Assembly (NCBI GenBank): GCA_964538455.1
Contig: CAZIDZ010000002.1
Span: 89,444-153,443, forward strand
Reading direction: 5' to 3'
Length of the DNA: 64,000 bases
Source: an uncultured bacterium
Lineage (GTDB): Bacteria; Electryoneota; Electryoneia; Electryoneales; Electryoneaceae
In this document: piece by piece, positions 61,101 through 64,000 of the stretch
How positions within the stretch are numbered: the first letter of the stretch is position 1
Layout: every line of letters begins with the position of its first letter
Position numbers and translations under genes: made by a program
The notes under the pieces: model-generated
The model's database searches: none
Seen by the model: only the letters and a program-made list of their open reading frames with translations
Told to the model about the DNA's origin: nothing

Positions 61101-63042
61101 CGAGAGCGGCTGGTCCCCGGACGCGTTGATCGGATTCGAGGATCCGAGCGGTGCGCTGATTGAGCAGGTGAATGCCAGCAACCTAGTCGACGGGTACACC
61201 GTTCAACTCGCCTCGCTGCCGCCCGCCTATGGGACGATTTCCGGGCATCTGGAAAACAGCACGGCGGAACCGATTGCGGGAGCCGCGATTGAAGTTGTCG
61301 GCCAACGTCCGCAAACCTGGAGCGATGGAAACGGCGACTGGACGATCACGCTCACCGAGGGCGACTATGACCTGGTGATCAACAAGCCCGGCTATGCATC
61401 CAATTTTGTCCAGAATGCCACGGTTACAGCGTCCACGGATCTTCCGCTCGGAACGCAGACGATGAACAACGTGAGCGGATCGGTGGATCAGGACTCTCTC
61501 GAACTCTCTGTGCCGCTGGAGGAGGCCAGCAGTTTTTCGACGAGCTTCACGTTGACAAACACGGGCGACGCACCGATGCTGGCGCACGCCTGGTGGACGA
61601 TGCTTCCCGCTTACGAGAATGATGTGGCAATGGGTGGAGGATCGAGTCTCAATCCACCGCCCATCTTGGTAAAGTGGGTGGGCAATGGGGAGTCCAAACG
61701 TATCCGGCCGGTGATTCATGACGTGCCCGCGACCGTGCGCGGACCCGTAGCGACGGTGACCGATTTGCTCGAACCGCTTTTCCACTTCAACGCTTCGACT
61801 GGGATTGCGCCAACCGTCTATGATCTGTTCGGTGTGGGCGTGACGAACGCGGGGATCATGCTTTCGGAGTACGGGTCGAGCACATCGTTGTATCAATTTT
61901 CAAACATCAGTCCCTATGCCTTCCAGTCGAGCGTCCCCTTCCCCGATGGCGTCTTGATGTACAACGGGTTCAGCTTGGACATGCCGAACGACTGCATGGT
62001 CAGCGTTGACAGCCAGGGACGGGTCTGGCGTTTCAACAACGATCTAAGCATCCTCGAGCCGATTGGCAATGTGGGATTCGACGCCAACGGCTGCGCCTAC
62101 AACTGGATGACGAACGAACTCTACGCCTACTACTGGGGTGACTACCTGTCCGGAAATCCGGAGAGGTTCGTTGTCTGTGACCTGAACACCGGGGAGATAC
62201 GTGATCTGCCGGTGCCTCAGGGTATCGGGGTTGTCTCCGACCTCGCTTTCGTGCCCAACGATCCCGATGGCCTCTATATCTACGCGCTGACCCAGTACGG
62301 GGATCAGGTCTCGATCCACCGTTACAACCAACGTCATGGATTCTGGGAGACTGGTGGGAAGCGGGTGATGAATCTGCCCAGCGAATACGACTACGTGGGC
62401 GGATTCTACGCCACCCCCTGGTTCAGCATGAATGAATCGGCCAACAAGATGGATTTCGTAACCGAACAGCGGATGGACTACGTCACTACCTATGTCGACG
62501 AAGCCGGGTACACCTATGTAGACGGGTGGCGTGGTCCACCGGTGCCTTCGTGGCTGGTAATCGAAGGTCCAACGGATCCGATTGCCCCGGCAGGGAACGG
62601 CACCTTCACGGTGACGGTGGATCTGAGCCTTGATACTGCATTTACACCGACGCCCGAAACGGACACCTTCGTCGAGATTCGGCCCACAGCGGAATTTTGG
62701 CAGAACCCACCAGTGGTGAAACTCGCGATTCACTGGGGCGCCCTGGGGAGCGGAGAAACGGCCAATGCTATGCCGGAGCGGTACGCTCTCCATCCAGTAT
62801 ATCCGAACCCGTTCAATCCGACGGCGACACTGAAGTATGATCTGCCAGAACCGGCGAGGGTGACCATGACCGTGTACAACGTTCTCGGACGGGAGGTTGC
62901 GAAGCTTATCGACGGGGAGATGGAATCGGCGGGTTACCATTCCGTGCACTTCGACGGCGGCCGTCTCGCCGCGGGAGTCTACTTTGTGCGGTTTGAGAGC
63001 GAGGCCTATTCGAAGGTGCGGAAGATGGTGCTGTTGAAATAG
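58162..63042 (+). CDS. Large multidomain secreted protein (beta-sandwich, carboxypeptidase-regulatory-like, NIDO-like and propeller-like modules) with a T9SS-type CTD
   Basis: Signal peptide; G.V.D....PI..A.V repeats; PNAIVAPYWTDL; CTD YPNPFNP...YNVLGREV...LAAGVYFVR...KMVLLK. Confidence 0.85.
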   Translation: MSIFRKRLPWLVILPFVLFFTSEIAVAQIGNAVLFKSKPADIGKTAKKTPTLGFIGGEVLYENYFDQPPFDWTGMVPQHLDGWKWYSGGDFSTTILPPCMRFEFTDNAVPDEKAFTSPPVDVSGHTTVIVAYDGVFRYLKDNSSNSDYLVVEISRDGGASWEEVERTRDQLNGVCSVSTNGASEILVRFRYDDSAGGSQAVDIRIDDFQVVDVEPPSEPGNMTVYEVHGPLFGVFGLDHKVGMLISSQYPLSAAYVEYGTFDGENVTDVQTTNLNKDYQFPDRLMGYISGSYGAPGLDVAWHLVAVDIWGQQLVWPAGSGTPGTVIASTSSPRAPDSLNASAYGFHLFELDPDSWNEFMVRDGNFWTPDAPWSFNPQVIPPNDLFSPPPERETIQPGMWDPTPMFGTVPNGPYPDNADGYLTLNMDIVPGPNSIFAWYYLIDCQASIMGGTDGYNVEIQVDGGSWNIVQPIGGYPTTVLALNFYDPGFSGLAGPTASAIDLSPYEGHTVNLRFHFAGDSGNDRDYYGVSIYQMLLSGVDVPGWLVNGSVTDANSDPIVDAQVDIWPSGADYQNDPPVLRTHTNSDGTYRFFPLSTGDYILQAVAPGLEPLASTSVTVTDTAGSQFDFQPGTTATDHDFAGQVVGEDSLAGIDGVTLGLEGTGYVTTTAGGGAFDFGPIQAGTYNLLASSNPPGSQGYHDARFAAQVIGNDMPASPQYVLPAIKATQPPELTPKSHEIDVVIPNQTQLIVDGNTLTVNSEAKPPEPKTPPRKGYRVRLDGYRILPEVFPSRTFVIKGLENGHEYTVETAEDFGYGDEYLVWSDPMPATPNTLIATLTNPPINWVEIRPDSGGSGYDLYLGDYSDVSDIGGTFNYFGTDYTSLRVYGDGVISFDLSAQINYFAPQLGDPNPPNAIVAPYWTDLAPGYNSGESAWFWYDSGGNRAIIQWHAPHYTLEGPVNDADFEVILDFNDYSITFQYLTTESGWSPDALIGFEDPSGALIEQVNASNLVDGYTVQLASLPPAYGTISGHLENSTAEPIAGAAIEVVGQRPQTWSDGNGDWTITLTEGDYDLVINKPGYASNFVQNATVTASTDLPLGTQTMNNVSGSVDQDSLELSVPLEEASSFSTSFTLTNTGDAPMLAHAWWTMLPAYENDVAMGGGSSLNPPPILVKWVGNGESKRIRPVIHDVPATVRGPVATVTDLLEPLFHFNASTGIAPTVYDLFGVGVTNAGIMLSEYGSSTSLYQFSNISPYAFQSSVPFPDGVLMYNGFSLDMPNDCMVSVDSQGRVWRFNNDLSILEPIGNVGFDANGCAYNWMTNELYAYYWGDYLSGNPERFVVCDLNTGEIRDLPVPQGIGVVSDLAFVPNDPDGLYIYALTQYGDQVSIHRYNQRHGFWETGGKRVMNLPSEYDYVGGFYATPWFSMNESANKMDFVTEQRMDYVTTYVDEAGYTYVDGWRGPPVPSWLVIEGPTDPIAPAGNGTFTVTVDLSLDTAFTPTPETDTFVEIRPTAEFWQNPPVVKLAIHWGALGSGETANAMPERYALHPVYPNPFNPTATLKYDLPEPARVTMTVYNVLGREVAKLIDGEMESAGYHSVHFDGGRLAAGVYFVRFESEAYSKVRKMVLLK

Positions 63043-63061
63043 TGCTGTCCTTTTGCGGAGT

Positions 63062-63092
63062 AGGGGCCGCGGTGATCTACCCGCGGCCCCTT
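63062..63092. terminator. Hairpin terminator between convergent genes
   Basis: AGGGGCCGCGG...CCGCGGCCCCT. Confidence 0.7.
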
Positions 63093-63127
63093 TGTGTCTC
63101 TATCCTGGATCAACATCGGCGGTAAAA

Positions 63128-64000
63128 TCAGCCTTCCGCTTCTTCAAAAGGCGGGAACACCAGCGTGAACTTTGACCCCTTGCCGGAAGTGCTTTCCGCC
63201 AGGATGACACCGTTCCACCCCTGCACGATGCTGAAGACCGTCGCCAAGCCCAAGCCAGTGCCGTGGCCTGAGTCTTTTGTCGTGAAGTAGGGTTCGAAAA
63301 TTCGCTCAAGCGTCTCCGAGTTCATCCCTTTCCCGGTGTCCTCCACAGTCAGCACGGGGCATTCCTTCTTCGCCCGGTCCGCTTTGGGTGCCGAGTTGGG
63401 AGGGAGCCTGAGTTCCGTCCTTGTACTAAGACGCAGTTCTCCCCCCTCCGGCATCGCATCCCGAGCGTTGACCGCGAGATTGATGATCACCTGCTCCATC
63501 TGCCGTTCATCCGCCAGGATCATCGGGAGCGAAGCGTTGAAGGAAGTGGTCAAGGTGTACTGCCGCCCCAGCAGGTGTTTGAGCAGAGGCAGCAAATCGA
63601 CGATGAAGCGATCAAGATCCATGGGGCGGGCCTGGACCTTCTCTAGACGGCTGAATGACAGCAACCGCCGTGACAGATCCGCTGCCTTCTCTGTCGTTTG
63701 GAGGATTTCTTCCACGCTCTTGAAAGATGGATGAGCGTCATCCAGCTGCTCTTGAATCAACGAAGCGTTCATTGTGATCGCGGTGAGCATATTGTTGAAA
63801 TCGTGGGCGATGGAACCTGTGAATTGGCCGATGGCTTCCAGTCTCTGGGAATGTTGGAGTTGGGTCTCCAGCAGCTCGCGCTCATGTTGTGCGCTGCGGA
63901 GATCGGTAATGTCCTCGAATATGGAGATGATTCCGGTGATTTTCCCTTCCGCGTCGTGCAGCCCGGCGGAAGAAATGATTAGTTCAACGGGAGAGCCGTC
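63128..64000 (-). CDS. PAS-domain sensor histidine kinase (partial, 5' end outside the window)
   Basis: PAC-like segment (FEDITD), H-box AHDFNNML, N-box NLAVNARDAM, DTGKGM, FEPYFTTK, GTGLGL; no C-terminal receiver domain. Confidence 0.9.
   Translation of the reverse strand, partial: DGSPVELIISSAGLHDAEGKITGIISIFEDITDLRSAQHERELLETQLQHSQRLEAIGQFTGSIAHDFNNMLTAITMNASLIQEQLDDAHPSFKSVEEILQTTEKAADLSRRLLSFSRLEKVQARPMDLDRFIVDLLPLLKHLLGRQYTLTTSFNASLPMILADERQMEQVIINLAVNARDAMPEGGELRLSTRTELRLPPNSAPKADRAKKECPVLTVEDTGKGMNSETLERIFEPYFTTKDSGHGTGLGLATVFSIVQGWNGVILAESTSGKGSKFTLVFPPFEEAEG

Overview
GC-rich bacterial chromosomal window, mostly housekeeping. Secreted proteins ending in a YPNPFNP-type C-terminal sorting domain, Kdo and heptosyl transferases, and an insertion in AtpD point to a diderm of the FCB superphylum; this lineage call is inference. 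Core content: mltF, an ALDH7-type dehydrogenase, smpB-polyprenyl synthase-apbE, GT9-waaA-dual ECF ATPase-ackA, yceD-rpmF-plsX-fabHDG-acpP-fabF-rnc, acyl-CoA dehydrogenase, asd, a GlnE-like adenylyltransferase divergent from a STAS/PP2C/anti-sigma module, a beta-CASP nuclease, rlmB, and M23-bactofilin followed by a complete atp operon. Uncharacterised envelope and secreted proteins are interspersed. I found no CRISPR array, rRNA, intact tRNA, transposase or recognisable defence system, and no clearly novel multi-gene system. Best leads: (1) a translationally coupled 88-aa two-helix membrane gene between atpG and atpD; (2) a diverged duplicate of an outer-membrane gene plus the 3' tip of the beta-CASP gene, bracketing a B12 radical-SAM gene; (3) a 27-aa membrane microprotein missing from the ORF track; (4) recurrent leaderless promoter architecture; (5) several families of REP-like palindromes; (6) a secreted beta-helix/repeat protein pair.
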